A stretch of DNA of 64,000 bases from an uncultured Candidatus Saccharibacteria bacterium (GCA_964601935.1 CAZROP010000001.1:185867-249866), one strand, 5' to 3'; shown: positions 1-10,253, counted from the first letter of the stretch. Numbers and translations are program-made. The notes: generated by a model from the letters alone, not told the origin.

Positions 1-127
1 TATGACGAATGAATTAAAGCTATATTTTTATAATAAGTAGAATTATACCATACTGAATCGGGAAGAATGTTATTCCCGAACACATCGACTACCTGGATAA
101 TTAGGTAATCGATGAGTCAAATTCATA

Positions 128-1336
128 CTAATTCTCTTTGATAATAGGAATACCCTTTACTTTACTGCCAGCAGCACAGTTTGTGTTACCATTCAGTCCT
201 GCCTGCTCGCTCGGTGTACCTGGTAAATAGTTACCTGTCAGTACACAGCCGCTGTGACATGCATTATCTGCATGATCTGCCTTGGTATCTTCTGGGTCAG
301 TGTTGTCTATACTATCAGAACATTCAGTACAGCTAAACGTTCCCAGTGTTCGTGTAACAGGCGAGGTTTCTGCATCAGGGTTAGTACAGGTCATCGAGAG
401 CACTGTCGAAGAACTCGTAGGCGTAAAGGTGAATGTCCGACTCGTTTGCGCCAAGTTCACTGCCTGAGAAGGCTGCCCTGTCAAATTCCATGTACATGAA
501 GTTCCGGCCACAGGAGTCACAGTATAATTCACAGTAATTGTCTGAGAAACCGTGTTATAGGGAGGCGTTGACTGCCTACAAGCCCCATTCCAACCACTTG
601 TCGTCCCTGCAATCTCTACTTCAAAGGAATCACGCACAAGCACGGCCTTGAACAGGCTACCTGCAAAGTCGATAAATGACAAGCCGCCCCATCCTATGGG
701 TGTAGCACAGTCAGCAGGTGACGCAACGAGACCCGCAGCATTCCATGCATGCCCCTGACCTAGGTATGATCCTGGTACTCCTGCTATTTGCGGGAATCTC
801 ACTGCAAAACTGACTGGACACGCTGTCGTTGCTGATGATGCGGGCATACTTGCGTTATCAAAGTATATACAGCCATTCCAGTTCCCATGCGCAGTTACAT
901 TAGACCAGCCAAATGACGACTGCATCGGAGACAATGCGCGGGCGGTACCTGTAAGTTTATACCCTGTTCCATCCGTCACTAACCGTGAAGGAACAGCTGC
1001 ACTGACTGGTCCTTGGCAGGAAGGACCAATGATCAAATCTGCTTGGTTAAAACTGATCCACCCTATATTGGGCGACCAGGCATACCCAGAACCAAGCCCA
1101 GTCGTTGCATCAAACGTAACACCATAGAGAGAGGATCCTGGCTCCTCTACATCGGTTGGATATCCAGCAGAATCCATTTGTTTACTACTGAGTTTGATCC
1201 ATCCTGTAGTCCATGACCATGCCCAACCATGGAGCAACAAATTAGTAGAAGGAGTCTGCGCAAAGGCAAATGTTCCCCACGCCAGAGTAATAATGAGAGT
1301 AATTGCGAAAGTGAGCTTTTTCATAAAATAGTACAA
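128..1336 (-). CDS. secreted Cys/Thr/Ser/Gly-rich hypothetical protein (N-terminal signal peptide ending FAFAQ)
   Basis: 402-aa ORF with a hydrophobic N-terminus (MKKLTFAITLIITLAWGTFAFAQ), many Cys and a T/S/G-rich body; no recognisable catalytic motif. Confidence 0.5.
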   Translation of the reverse strand: MYYFMKKLTFAITLIITLAWGTFAFAQTPSTNLLLHGWAWSWTTGWIKLSSKQMDSAGYPTDVEEPGSSLYGVTFDATTGLGSGYAWSPNIGWISFNQADLIIGPSCQGPVSAAVPSRLVTDGTGYKLTGTARALSPMQSSFGWSNVTAHGNWNGCIYFDNASMPASSATTACPVSFAVRFPQIAGVPGSYLGQGHAWNAAGLVASPADCATPIGWGGLSFIDFAGSLFKAVLVRDSFEVEIAGTTSGWNGACRQSTPPYNTVSQTITVNYTVTPVAGTSCTWNLTGQPSQAVNLAQTSRTFTFTPTSSSTVLSMTCTNPDAETSPVTRTLGTFSCTECSDSIDNTDPEDTKADHADNACHSGCVLTGNYLPGTPSEQAGLNGNTNCAAGSKVKGIPIIKEN

Positions 1337-1414
1337 TATCAGTATACTAAATATTTACTACTAACACCCAATATTAATCCACTTATTCCTACTGACACCA
1401 GACATAAACATATA

Positions 1415-1440
1415 AAACAACCCCAAAGCGGGGTTGTTTT
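1415..1440 (-). terminator. intrinsic terminator downstream of rplL (hairpin aaaacaacccc/ggggttgtttt)
   Basis: perfect GC-cored hairpin flanked by A/T runs immediately after the rplL stop. Confidence 0.6.
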
Positions 1441-1460
1441 ATATTTACAACAGAAAAGGA

Positions 1461-1853
1461 TTACTTAATTTCAACCTTTCCTCCTGCCTCTTCGATCTGC
1501 TTTTTCAGAGACTCTGCCTCTTCTTTCTTGACTCCAGATTTTAGAACCGATGGGATACCATCTACCAAATCCTTTGCCTCCTTCAGACCCAGACCCAGAG
1601 CTTCTTTGACTACCTTCATAACAGCAATCTTTGCTCCACCGTCTGCTGTCAGATGTACGTCAAATTCGCTTTTCTCCTCTGCCTCTGCTGCTGGACCTGC
1701 TCCACCTACTGCAGCAACAGCCTGTGCTGATACTCCGAACTTCTGCTCAAAAATCTTTACCAACTGATGTAGTTCGAGAACTGACATTTTTTCGATTTTC
1801 TCCACGATATCTTTGAATTGTGAAGGGATTTCTACTTGTGTTTCTTCATTCAT
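1461..1853 (-). CDS. rplL: 50S ribosomal protein L7/L12
   Basis: 130 aa with the Ala/Glu-rich hinge ([15 protein letters not shown]) and a C-terminal domain ending KEAKDLVDG...GGKVEIK. Confidence 0.93.
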   Translation of the reverse strand: MNEETQVEIPSQFKDIVEKIEKMSVLELHQLVKIFEQKFGVSAQAVAAVGGAGPAAEAEEKSEFDVHLTADGGAKIAVMKVVKEALGLGLKEAKDLVDGIPSVLKSGVKKEEAESLKKQIEEAGGKVEIK

Positions 1854-1883
1854 ATATTTTTTGTAAATAAACTAACCTAATAA

Positions 1884-2378
1884 TTATGATTGCTTTTCTG
1901 CAATCTTCCACAACGCGGTAGCCAACTGCTGAATAGGAGTATTGATGATATTCACGAACATTCCACGAAGTGTGTGTTGGTCAGGAATATTAGCAACCTC
2001 TGTCATTGCGGTACTATCCATGTAACGGGATTCAAATATACCTCCGAGGATCTGAACTTTTGGTGCGCGATCTTTGGATGCTTTTCGCCAAGCGAATAAT
2101 TCGCGGGCCGAAGCAGTAGGATCAGTACTCCAGGTAATAGCAATATTACCCTCGAGTGCAGGCATGGTGCCAGCAACATCAGATCCTAGAGCACGAGATA
2201 ACAGGGTCTTTTTGACAACCTGATATTCTACCCCTTCACTGCGTAACTGACGGCGCAAATCACTGACCTCTGCCACAGTTAGCGCATTGAATGATAGGAA
2301 TGTCACTGATCCAGCCTGCGCCAAATCCTGTGATAATTCAGATACCACTTCTACCTTTTTTTGTTTTGATATAGCCAT
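1884..2378 (-). CDS. rplJ: 50S ribosomal protein L10
   Basis: 164 aa, L10-like N-terminus (MAISKQKKVEVV...), directly upstream of rplL in the conserved order. Confidence 0.88.
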   Translation of the reverse strand: MAISKQKKVEVVSELSQDLAQAGSVTFLSFNALTVAEVSDLRRQLRSEGVEYQVVKKTLLSRALGSDVAGTMPALEGNIAITWSTDPTASARELFAWRKASKDRAPKVQILGGIFESRYMDSTAMTEVANIPDQHTLRGMFVNIINTPIQQLATALWKIAEKQS

Positions 2379-2722
2379 GTAATTATGGTGATAAAACGAG
2401 TATATAATTCGACCTGTACCAAAGAATTACGAACTAGCCGAGAAGCTGTTCGAACAAGAATCTCGGAAGGTCTTGCGCCATGCCCACAAACGTGGAGATG
2501 ACCGCCCTCTGTCTCTGATTCTTTGAATACCCTGCAAATCTACCATTTTTTTAGAGAAAGACAAGGACTTTGTGATTTAACCAAAGATACGAAATGACAC
2601 CCTTCTGTCACCCTGAATTTATTTCAGGGTTCATAGAGATAGCTGTACAGATGCTGAAATAAATTTATCTTGCCCTGTAGGTACAGCATGACACATCAAA
2701 GTTTGTTTTTATATTTAAACTT
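2379..2722 (-). promoter_or_regulatory. long 5' leader of rplJ-rplL, candidate L10 autoregulatory leader; contains the palindromic repeat element
   Basis: ~340-nt ORF-free region upstream of rplJ with several stem-loops; the L10 leader is a well-known regulatory RNA in bacteria. Confidence 0.3.
2597..2700. repeat. two inverted copies of the CCCTGAAATAAATT...CAGGGTGACAGA palindromic repeat family (locus A)
   Basis: left copy tgtcaccctgaatttatttcaggg, right copy gctgaaataaatttatcttgccctgtaggtacagcatgacaca; related copies at 33757 and 40106. Confidence 0.55.
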
Positions 2723-2995
2723 TTAAAACAACTTCTTCCCGAACAGTGTTCCAATAGCATCCTCGAATGGTTTGTGCAGAGTATTATAAATAATGAGAGC
2801 CAAAACAACCAAAACGGTCAGGGGAAGGATCAGGACTAGGCGCGTTATATTGCTTTTCAGGTCGCCATTTTCCTTTATCCACTTTTCCCATATTGGATAC
2901 AAATAGGCCATAACCCACATTGCAGGCAATACAATAGGTCCTAGTATAATCAGTTTCGTATACTGTACCCATTTAGGAGACGTCGCGGCTGCCAT
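2723..2995 (-). CDS. small integral membrane protein, hypothetical
   Basis: 90 aa with two hydrophobic helices. Confidence 0.4.
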   Translation of the reverse strand: MAAATSPKWVQYTKLIILGPIVLPAMWVMAYLYPIWEKWIKENGDLKSNITRLVLILPLTVLVVLALIIYNTLHKPFEDAIGTLFGKKLF

Positions 2996-3015
2996 ATCGT
3001 ACTATACTACCAAAG

Positions 3016-3498
3016 TTATACGCAGTATCGCAAGTGATAAAGCGCAATGGCTCCTGCAACACTAACATTGAAAGACTCTTTTGTGCCCTGCTGCGGGATT
3101 TCGATAACTCCATGGGCACTCTGCAAGACCTGCGCTGACACTCCGTCAATTTCATTACCTACAACCAGTGCAATAAACTCACCCATCAATGAAGATTTAC
3201 GTACAGCAGGAAGATTGATTGAATCATCGCTCTGTTCGAGTGCATATACGGACATTCCCTTCTCCTGCAAACCTGATAATGCTGCTGATATGTCAGGGTA
3301 GTATCTCCAAGGTATGATATCTTCTGCCCCCAGAGAAACCTTTGCGAAATCTTGTCGTTTTCTGCCAAATCTATCTATCGGCGTCGGCGTAGTGCCTACT
3401 AAATATAATTCTGCTACACCCAAACATTCTGCCGTACGAAACAGTGACCCGGTATTATGCACACTGCGTATATTCTCCAGTACCAGTGTTATATTCAT
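3016..3498 (-). CDS. SpoU/TrmH-family RNA 2'-O-methyltransferase
   Basis: 160 aa; motifs NTGSLFRTAECLG, YLVG, and GNEIDGVS are typical of the SPOUT MTase class. Confidence 0.7.
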   Translation of the reverse strand: MNITLVLENIRSVHNTGSLFRTAECLGVAELYLVGTTPTPIDRFGRKRQDFAKVSLGAEDIIPWRYYPDISAALSGLQEKGMSVYALEQSDDSINLPAVRKSSLMGEFIALVVGNEIDGVSAQVLQSAHGVIEIPQQGTKESFNVSVAGAIALYHLRYCV

Positions 3499-3505
3499 AT
3501 CAATG

Positions 3506-3578
3506 TCCCCCCGGTAGGGCTCGAACCTACGACCGTCTCCTTAAAAGGGAGCTGCTCTACCATCTGAGCTACAGGGGG
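3506..3578 (-). tRNA. tRNA-Lys (anticodon UUU)
   Basis: cloverleaf by eye on the minus strand: acceptor CCCCCTG/CGGGGGG, D-arm GCTCAGATGGTAGAGC, anticodon loop CTTTTAA, T-arm GTAGGTTCGAGCCCTAC. Confidence 0.8.
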
Positions 3579-3611
3579 ATTCTTGTTCCAAGCAGCAATA
3601 TAATACCAGCT

Positions 3612-4508
3612 TTAGCGGAAAAGTCTATACAAACCTTTTACAAACAAGCTCGGATATTCGTTCTGTACCCACAGTGTTGCACCATCTGTTACAACACTGA
3701 ATGTCCCCCTGTCACAGGTAGTATACACAGGGATATTTAGGTAATTATACCTATCAACTGCCTGCGTACTGGGGTGCCCATACGAGTTTTTGCACGCGAA
3801 CGATACAATACCCATTTCAGGGCGTACTACCTTTAGAAACTCAAGGCTGGATGAAAAACGTGAGCCATGATGCGGGATTTTCAGAACAGACACATCTAAA
3901 CTATCAGCGCCATATCTCTGTAGTAGTGACGACTCAACTGATGAATCCATATCACCAGTAAATAAATAAGAAATACTGCCGTAGGATAGCTTTAAAACCG
4001 TTGAATAATTATTCACCTCCTCCGATGTATAACCTACCGACGGGTGCAATACCTCGATAGTGACTCCTGATGGCAAATCCATGCGATCACCTGCATATAG
4101 AGCACGAACTTCTGCAACCTCGTCTTGTTCGTCTGCTCGCGCGCGTAACGCAGTATCAGTATCCTTGGCAACACGATTATCGGCAACCTGGTATACACGA
4201 TATACATCCAGAACAGATGATACACCTCCGATATGGTCAGCATCTGGGTGTGTGACGATCAGCATGTCCAAACTTTTGTCATACAGAGGAACAACTGATT
4301 CCAGAGCCTGCACAACCCCATCATCAGGTCCTGCGTCGATCAGTATCTGGAATCCATTTGGATCAGTGACCAGAATTGCATCGCCCTGCCCTACATTCAG
4401 CATAGATACCCGCAAATACTCGTTGTCGGCACAAGCACCCAGGTAATACACAGCACCGAGAAGAGCAAAAACGACACATCCGATCAAGAACTTATACTTT
4501 ACTGACAT
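3612..4508 (-). CDS. ComEC/Rec2-related metallo-beta-lactamase domain protein (membrane anchored)
   Basis: 298 aa with an N-terminal TM; MBL motifs LIDAGPDDG and THPDADHIGG. Confidence 0.65.
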   Translation of the reverse strand: MSVKYKFLIGCVVFALLGAVYYLGACADNEYLRVSMLNVGQGDAILVTDPNGFQILIDAGPDDGVVQALESVVPLYDKSLDMLIVTHPDADHIGGVSSVLDVYRVYQVADNRVAKDTDTALRARADEQDEVAEVRALYAGDRMDLPSGVTIEVLHPSVGYTSEEVNNYSTVLKLSYGSISYLFTGDMDSSVESSLLQRYGADSLDVSVLKIPHHGSRFSSSLEFLKVVRPEMGIVSFACKNSYGHPSTQAVDRYNYLNIPVYTTCDRGTFSVVTDGATLWVQNEYPSLFVKGLYRLFR

Positions 4509-4530
4509 GGTTGTAGTATAATCAAATTAT

Positions 4531-5136
4531 ATGGAAATAACACCCAAAACATTTACTATCCCAGCGAAACTGATCGGCAGCATAACCCCAACAACCATTG
4601 CAGAACATTTAAAGCTGTATCAAGGCTATGTTGCCAATGCAAACACTGTACTGACTAAAAAACAGGAATATATGAAGGACCCTGCAATGAATACCTACGA
4701 GATCAGCGAGCTCAATCGCCGACTATCATTCGAATATAACGGTATCACTAACCACGAACTTTATTTCGAACAAATAGAAGGCGGACCATCTGCCATTGAC
4801 ACCTCGAGTGCTCTCTATGCAAAAATAGTGGATCAATGGGGTTCATGGGACGCCTGGATCGCCGACTTTGTACAAACCGCAAAAACACGTGGTATCGGCT
4901 GGGCTATGCTGTATTATGATTCAGAGCGTGACTTCTTTATTAATTCCTGGGTAGATGAACAGCATATCGGCCATCTGGGATCATTGCACTGTATTTACGC
5001 TCTCGATATGTGGGAACACTCGTATGTATTGGATTATTTACCATCCGGCAAAGCATCCTACATACAGGACTACATGAGTAACACTAACTGGAATATACCT
5101 CAGGAACGGTATAACGCGATAACACATCAGGGTTAA
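4531..5136 (+). CDS. Fe/Mn superoxide dismutase-like protein
   Basis: 201 aa; C-terminal DMWEHSYVLDY and GWAMLYYD match the SOD Asp/His ligand region (DVWEHAYY). The N-terminal HHxKHH is reduced to a single His. Confidence 0.55.
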   Translation: MEITPKTFTIPAKLIGSITPTTIAEHLKLYQGYVANANTVLTKKQEYMKDPAMNTYEISELNRRLSFEYNGITNHELYFEQIEGGPSAIDTSSALYAKIVDQWGSWDAWIADFVQTAKTRGIGWAMLYYDSERDFFINSWVDEQHIGHLGSLHCIYALDMWEHSYVLDYLPSGKASYIQDYMSNTNWNIPQERYNAITHQG

Positions 5137-5246
5137 GACTTTTCATGTCGCAGTTTGACTACAGGTTTTCACGAACGAGTGAGTTCGGGTTATACCCAAC
5201 ATTGCACTCTAAGATATTTTTAGTATGGTGAGAATTATTACCTACT

Positions 5247-6344
5247 ATGTGTAACCTTCTGCATCATATGAAAAAGCATATACTTCTCATGCCGGGACGT
5301 AGTTTTGCATTTGTCATATGCGGAGTCTTTGCATGTGTAGGATTCTTGTTCTCTGTTGTCTTTGTAGGAATGAATGTGGGTCTGTTCAATGTTCGTGGGG
5401 CCGCAGCAGAACGCAATATATCAATAGGTATTACTACTCAGGCAAACGATCAGCCACAGACGAGAAGTGCGCTCTCCTGTATGATACATGCGCTCGATGC
5501 CGAGGCTCCTGATACTGCCCAGGCAATTTCGCAAACTCTATCGGTTACGAATGATATACCGCTCGCCACCACCATGACCCAACGCGCACTGGGCACAACA
5601 AAAAGCCTCCAGGCACAGAATATTATCACAGCATGCTCCGAGGTAGGACAGTTTATACAAGACAACATTCAGCGACGTACCTCCTATGTATGGGCAAATA
5701 GCCCAGAGTGGGCAACATTATCCGCAGCGCTGATTCGAGACCGCGAGCACATACAGCGTGCCGCCGCCGACGCACAAATCAACCCACGACTTATCGTCAC
5801 AGGCGTAATCGGCGAACAGTTCCGATTCTTTGCTGGGCAGCGCGAATCATTCAAACGATATTTTGAACCTCTCAAAATATTCGGCAGACTATCAAAATTC
5901 TCCTACGGTATAGCAGGGCTCAAACCTGATACCGTGCGACAGGTCGAATCCCATATCATAAATCCTGATAGTATCTTTTATCTAGGACCTCAATATGAAT
6001 CTATTATTCATTATACTGAATCAGAATTGGAACAATACGATGATCCACAGCTGGCTCGTATCACTGATCCTCATAATAATTACTATTCGTATCTCTACGT
6101 AGGATTATTTATGCGCCAGGCCATGCAGCAATGGGAACGATCAGGATTTCCTATCAATAATCAACCTGGGGTACTGGCAACCCTGTACAACCTAGGATTT
6201 AACCGGTCTTTACCTAAAAGTAATCCCGGCATAGGCGGAGCCATCATCAAAATTGGCAATACTGAATACACATTCGGACAAATCGGCGAAGAATTTTACT
6301 ACTCAGGAGAATTAGTATCAGAGTTTCCGTATCCTACTGAATAA
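5247..6344 (+). CDS. hypothetical membrane-anchored protein
   Basis: 365 aa with an N-terminal TM helix; no recognised domain. Confidence 0.45.
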   Translation: MCNLLHHMKKHILLMPGRSFAFVICGVFACVGFLFSVVFVGMNVGLFNVRGAAAERNISIGITTQANDQPQTRSALSCMIHALDAEAPDTAQAISQTLSVTNDIPLATTMTQRALGTTKSLQAQNIITACSEVGQFIQDNIQRRTSYVWANSPEWATLSAALIRDREHIQRAAADAQINPRLIVTGVIGEQFRFFAGQRESFKRYFEPLKIFGRLSKFSYGIAGLKPDTVRQVESHIINPDSIFYLGPQYESIIHYTESELEQYDDPQLARITDPHNNYYSYLYVGLFMRQAMQQWERSGFPINNQPGVLATLYNLGFNRSLPKSNPGIGGAIIKIGNTEYTFGQIGEEFYYSGELVSEFPYPTE

Positions 6345-6444
6345 TGGAGAGAAGCCTATGGAAAGAATCCATATTATCTCGTATAAAAAACATGACGCAA
6401 AGCATCATGGTTTCTTTTACTACGAACTACTGATTGAATACCTA

Positions 6445-7464
6445 CTAGCCCCCAATTACGATATCTTCAAGCGACTGAAATGCATTCTGTGCATTTGATA
6501 TTTGCTGCTTCAGACTTGATCGGTATTGATCCAGGAATTCCACCAGAGTGATCCCTTCTACCTCTACCTGAGTGGCAGCATTCGGGCCTACGTAACGCCA
6601 GTGCCAGGGTTCTGCACGGAATCCTGTGATAGCTTCTTTGCCCTCTGGATAACTGTTTACAAAACCAAATTCAGCAGCATTTTTATACAACCACTCTATT
6701 TGCTTGCCAGCTGTTAATGGAACACGCTTTCCATCTTCTTCTGCTGCGAAATCTGCTGATGTTCCCAGATTATGTTCGGACCGCCCTGGCAATGCTACAA
6801 TACGATGAGCATACTCTCCTATACGACGCACCATGACCTGTAGCAAGTAATCCTGCGAGTCTTCACCACGGTAGGATGAGGTTACATACAGGTTAACACC
6901 GTCATCTGCTGCTGCCTGGTACATACGCTTTAGCGCATGATAAGTTTCTGCCTCCAGACATACAGGACCATTAGAAGGTATCGAATTATCTAGTTCAAGG
7001 ACCAAATTGTTGGGTACATATTCACTCGGCAAGACACGTGCTTTATTCACATTATCCAGTCGGAAATCTGCTACATCGCGACTGGTCTGACCTACGGGGC
7101 AGTACAAAAAGGCATACAGCGAATTAATATTTTTCTTGGTCTCAGGTGCGAGCCATGCCTTGCCTGGTCCCTGGTGAACATTCAGAGTATCCCGCGTAAT
7201 TTTATCCCACACCCCAGAAGCATTGAGATCATACCCTCGCGAGCTCAGATAATGTTGAATTATCAGAATCTGCTGACGAGTGAGTTTTGAAGCATCTGAT
7301 GGAAAAGAAAAAGATGAATCCGTAGCTCTCCACGCATCCACCAATGAATAAGGTATATTCAAATATAATCGAGGATCAGTCTCGGTGTTCGTCACAGCAA
7401 AAGATATTCCTGGAACAGCCAATACCAAACAACATACAATAGAACACATCCGACGATACAACAT
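6445..7464 (-). CDS. D-alanyl-D-alanine carboxypeptidase (VanY/M15 family) with peptidoglycan-binding domain
   Basis: 339 aa with a signal peptide; PG-binding-like LTRQQILIIQHYLSSRGYDLNASGVWDKITRDTLNVHQ; M15 motif SEHNLGTSADF. Confidence 0.7.
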   Translation of the reverse strand: MLYRRMCSIVCCLVLAVPGISFAVTNTETDPRLYLNIPYSLVDAWRATDSSFSFPSDASKLTRQQILIIQHYLSSRGYDLNASGVWDKITRDTLNVHQGPGKAWLAPETKKNINSLYAFLYCPVGQTSRDVADFRLDNVNKARVLPSEYVPNNLVLELDNSIPSNGPVCLEAETYHALKRMYQAAADDGVNLYVTSSYRGEDSQDYLLQVMVRRIGEYAHRIVALPGRSEHNLGTSADFAAEEDGKRVPLTAGKQIEWLYKNAAEFGFVNSYPEGKEAITGFRAEPWHWRYVGPNAATQVEVEGITLVEFLDQYRSSLKQQISNAQNAFQSLEDIVIGG

Positions 7465-7562
7465 AGTACCTGTCGATTCTACCGCAGAGCAGGAAAAATC
7501 ACAAACTTATTACGGGGAAAGCACTGCTATCTATAGCAACTGAACTCTATCAATGCGTGAAT

Positions 7563-8072
7563 TTATTCAGAGACCTGCGACTCTCTATATACATTATAAG
7601 CCTCTACTAGCATCTCCCTCTTCTGGACTTCGTCAGGCCCTGCCAGAGCCTGCTGTATCATGCCCCAGACACTATGCAGCACTACTAGGGCTTCTTTTAT
7701 TTCTATAGCTAATTGTTCCTCCGTATCACCAGAAGCTATATATTGTTCAAATTCGGATATCTTTTCTTGTACGTCTTCTATAAACAACTGCATTTTTAGA
7801 GCAACGAATGCATCTTCTTTGTTATCAAATGTAGTTCTTTCACTATGTTTCGCTGTTTGAAACTGAAAGCGCATAGGATGCAGGTCACGCACATCAATCG
7901 GGCGCCAGCTATCATCCTGAAAATCCAGCCGCCATATCAAACCATCTGCATCTCCAAAGAATGCCTGTGTATCCGAAAAATACAACAATGCGACTTCTCC
8001 ATCCAGTAAACTCTCACATAAAGATGTGTCAAAAGGCACTATTTCGTTACTACCAGGTGTAGATTCGGTCAT
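7563..8072 (-). CDS. hypothetical protein
   Basis: 169-aa acidic soluble ORF with clean boundaries. Confidence 0.4.
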   Translation of the reverse strand: MTESTPGSNEIVPFDTSLCESLLDGEVALLYFSDTQAFFGDADGLIWRLDFQDDSWRPIDVRDLHPMRFQFQTAKHSERTTFDNKEDAFVALKMQLFIEDVQEKISEFEQYIASGDTEEQLAIEIKEALVVLHSVWGMIQQALAGPDEVQKREMLVEAYNVYRESQVSE

Positions 8073-8170
8073 AGCTAGTATTATATAGGTTACTACAGAC
8101 TCGGCAAATCAGGATAGATATACCAGGGCTGGTATATTGGTAGATTTTAGCAGCTTTGGCAGATAATTAC

Positions 8171-8923
8171 CTATCCGAGACTGTATAGAAATCCATTTCT
8201 ACTCCAAAACCACAGTGGCGGATGCATTTCGATAGGTGCAATTCCGCTGCCTTCGAGTAGTACTCGCCAGCGTTCCGATATCTGCTCTTTCGTCAACGTC
8301 AATGATTCGTCTTTTGTGATAACACCCAGAATAACTGAGCACTGTGTAATATGAGTATCGGGTGCGATATCAATATACTCTCTACTACTCAGCTGAATCT
8401 GACCATACTCACCTAATATGAACGACCAGTAGTTAAATATTTTCGGACCTGATAGATAGGGAAATTTCTTCTTGTGTGTACGCTGTACTATGTCTTTTAA
8501 TTTCAAGAAATCATACTCTGTTGCACGTATTAAATTAGTGAAGCTACCCCATTCCTGTTGTATAGTTGTCGCAATGGTCTTCCAGGTAGTAACATGTTTA
8601 TTTGGTTGTAATGCTAACTTGTATTTCATTAATTTCTGACGTAATTCATCTTCAGGCATGTGAGCAACAGAATGAACATCAAAAACATCTCGCGTCGCAC
8701 TATCATTCCATGTTTTGTGTGCAGCTTCCCATAATTTATAACTATCCCGTTGATAGTTCAGTGCCATAGGCAGCGTAAAATACGCCAGCCTCATTCCCTG
8801 CTCTGTGTCAGAGAATCCAGGATTGCTGTCTTCGGGCATTTTTGTCTGACCGAGCTGCCCCGCGCGGAACGCCTCCAATAGCAGCCGACAGTTTTGGTGT
8901 AATGTATTAGTCATAACGATCAT
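8171..8923 (-). CDS. hypothetical protein, weak resemblance to HhH-type DNA glycosylases
   Basis: 250 aa; the segment FPYLSGPKIFNYW resembles an HhH Gly-Pro-Lys turn. Assignment is weak. Confidence 0.3.
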   Translation of the reverse strand: MIVMTNTLHQNCRLLLEAFRAGQLGQTKMPEDSNPGFSDTEQGMRLAYFTLPMALNYQRDSYKLWEAAHKTWNDSATRDVFDVHSVAHMPEDELRQKLMKYKLALQPNKHVTTWKTIATTIQQEWGSFTNLIRATEYDFLKLKDIVQRTHKKKFPYLSGPKIFNYWSFILGEYGQIQLSSREYIDIAPDTHITQCSVILGVITKDESLTLTKEQISERWRVLLEGSGIAPIEMHPPLWFWSRNGFLYSLG

Positions 8924-8971
8924 CTATAGGATAGCACGCTAGAAACAGTTACATAAATCTGCTGGTTGCGC

Positions 8972-9637
8972 TCATATATTCTGCATAATAGCTTGGATAT
9001 CCTCGATCGCTTTTGGCATATTACGCTGCCCCATACCGACAGGATAATAGGTTGGGTGCACAGCAAATACTTTCCCATCAATGGTCAGGTCATATCTGCG
9101 ACATCTAGATTCCGAAACCTTGATCGGCTGCTGTAACAAATTTGATGCAACCTGATTACCAAACGCAATGATTACCCGGGGAGAAACCAATGCAATCTCT
9201 GCCAGGGTCACGTCTCTGCTCTCTCGAAATACCAGATCGGAAACATGGCGAGCATCACACTGAGTACAGCGTGCTAAGTTCGTTAGATAGTATTTATTCT
9301 TTGCGACCTGCTGATACAGCTGCTGCGCAAATTCGGGAGTCCATTCATGTGTTTTGAGTGCTTGAATATATGCATACGTTTTATCGTCAATGACACCTAA
9401 TCGATACATCAATTTCCAGGTATTTTTCAATCCTATCCATGGCGCACGCAATCCAGTCCACTCCTTTATTACAGTGATATTCCTCGCCGTCGGATTCATG
9501 AACAAAAACATCACGTCTGGATTGCGAATACAGCCCGTCCCATATAGTGCGGTATAATTACTATCGCCATATTTTGTCTGCAAGGAGTCTATTTCTGGCT
9601 TGAGACTATCTAATTGAAGCATACTTCGATTATACAC
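8972..9637 (-). CDS. uracil-DNA glycosylase superfamily-like protein
   Basis: 221 aa; motifs VMFLFMNPTARN, IIAFGNQVA, and VHPTYYPVG resemble UDG-superfamily motifs A and B. Confidence 0.4.
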   Translation of the reverse strand: MYNRSMLQLDSLKPEIDSLQTKYGDSNYTALYGTGCIRNPDVMFLFMNPTARNITVIKEWTGLRAPWIGLKNTWKLMYRLGVIDDKTYAYIQALKTHEWTPEFAQQLYQQVAKNKYYLTNLARCTQCDARHVSDLVFRESRDVTLAEIALVSPRVIIAFGNQVASNLLQQPIKVSESRCRRYDLTIDGKVFAVHPTYYPVGMGQRNMPKAIEDIQAIMQNI

Positions 9638-9694
9638 TAGTGACTACGTAGCTTACCCCCCTTCCCCTCCTCTATGTGATTAGGTCTTACTTTA

Positions 9695-10240
9695 CTACTT
9701 GTTTGTATCACTGATTCGGCCCAGTAGCAACTCAAGCGAATCGTTTGGCGTAAATATGATCGGATTCTCGCTCTCGGTGGGACGCTCAAACTTGTGAGTA
9801 TCAGTCTCCATCCATTCTGACGGCACATCGTGGCGAGTTTTGTTGAGTTTATTTTGCAATTTCCGCTCCCTTAACACCTCGAATGGAGTATCTACAAAAA
9901 TAAGTACCGTGTTCACTCCAGCCTTTGACGCAATACTCCTGAGCTCGTTACGTTGCTCCACATAAAAGCAATTATCATCAATAATGACCGAATCTCCTAA
10001 TAGGAGTTTATTTTTTACACCCTGAATCAGGAGTTGCCACAATGCACCTCTCCAAATAGCATCATCATCTTCATCAGGTGTAGATTCAAGTTCTAATGAT
10101 TGTTCGATCGCAAAATATATATCATCTCGACCAATTATTGGTATATTTAGAGTCTCAGCTAATTTCTTTGAAAGAGTCGATTTTCCAGAAAATGACTCTC
10201 CACAGAGAATAATCAATTTTTGTTTACTTGTAGAGTTCAT
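9695..10240 (-). CDS. P-loop NTPase / AAA_33-type putative kinase
   Basis: 181 aa with Walker A GESFSGKST. Confidence 0.6.
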   Translation of the reverse strand: MNSTSKQKLIILCGESFSGKSTLSKKLAETLNIPIIGRDDIYFAIEQSLELESTPDEDDDAIWRGALWQLLIQGVKNKLLLGDSVIIDDNCFYVEQRNELRSIASKAGVNTVLIFVDTPFEVLRERKLQNKLNKTRHDVPSEWMETDTHKFERPTESENPIIFTPNDSLELLLGRISDTNK

Positions 10241-10253
10241 AATATTTATAGTG

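Noticed and set aside
254-499. Many 60-130-aa ORFs on the strand opposite long genes (for example 254..499, 1528..1767, 4060..4446, 22325..22717, 53991..54578)
   Set aside because: They lie fully inside well-supported longer genes on the other strand and have odd Arg/Cys/Ser-rich composition, so they are shadow ORFs.
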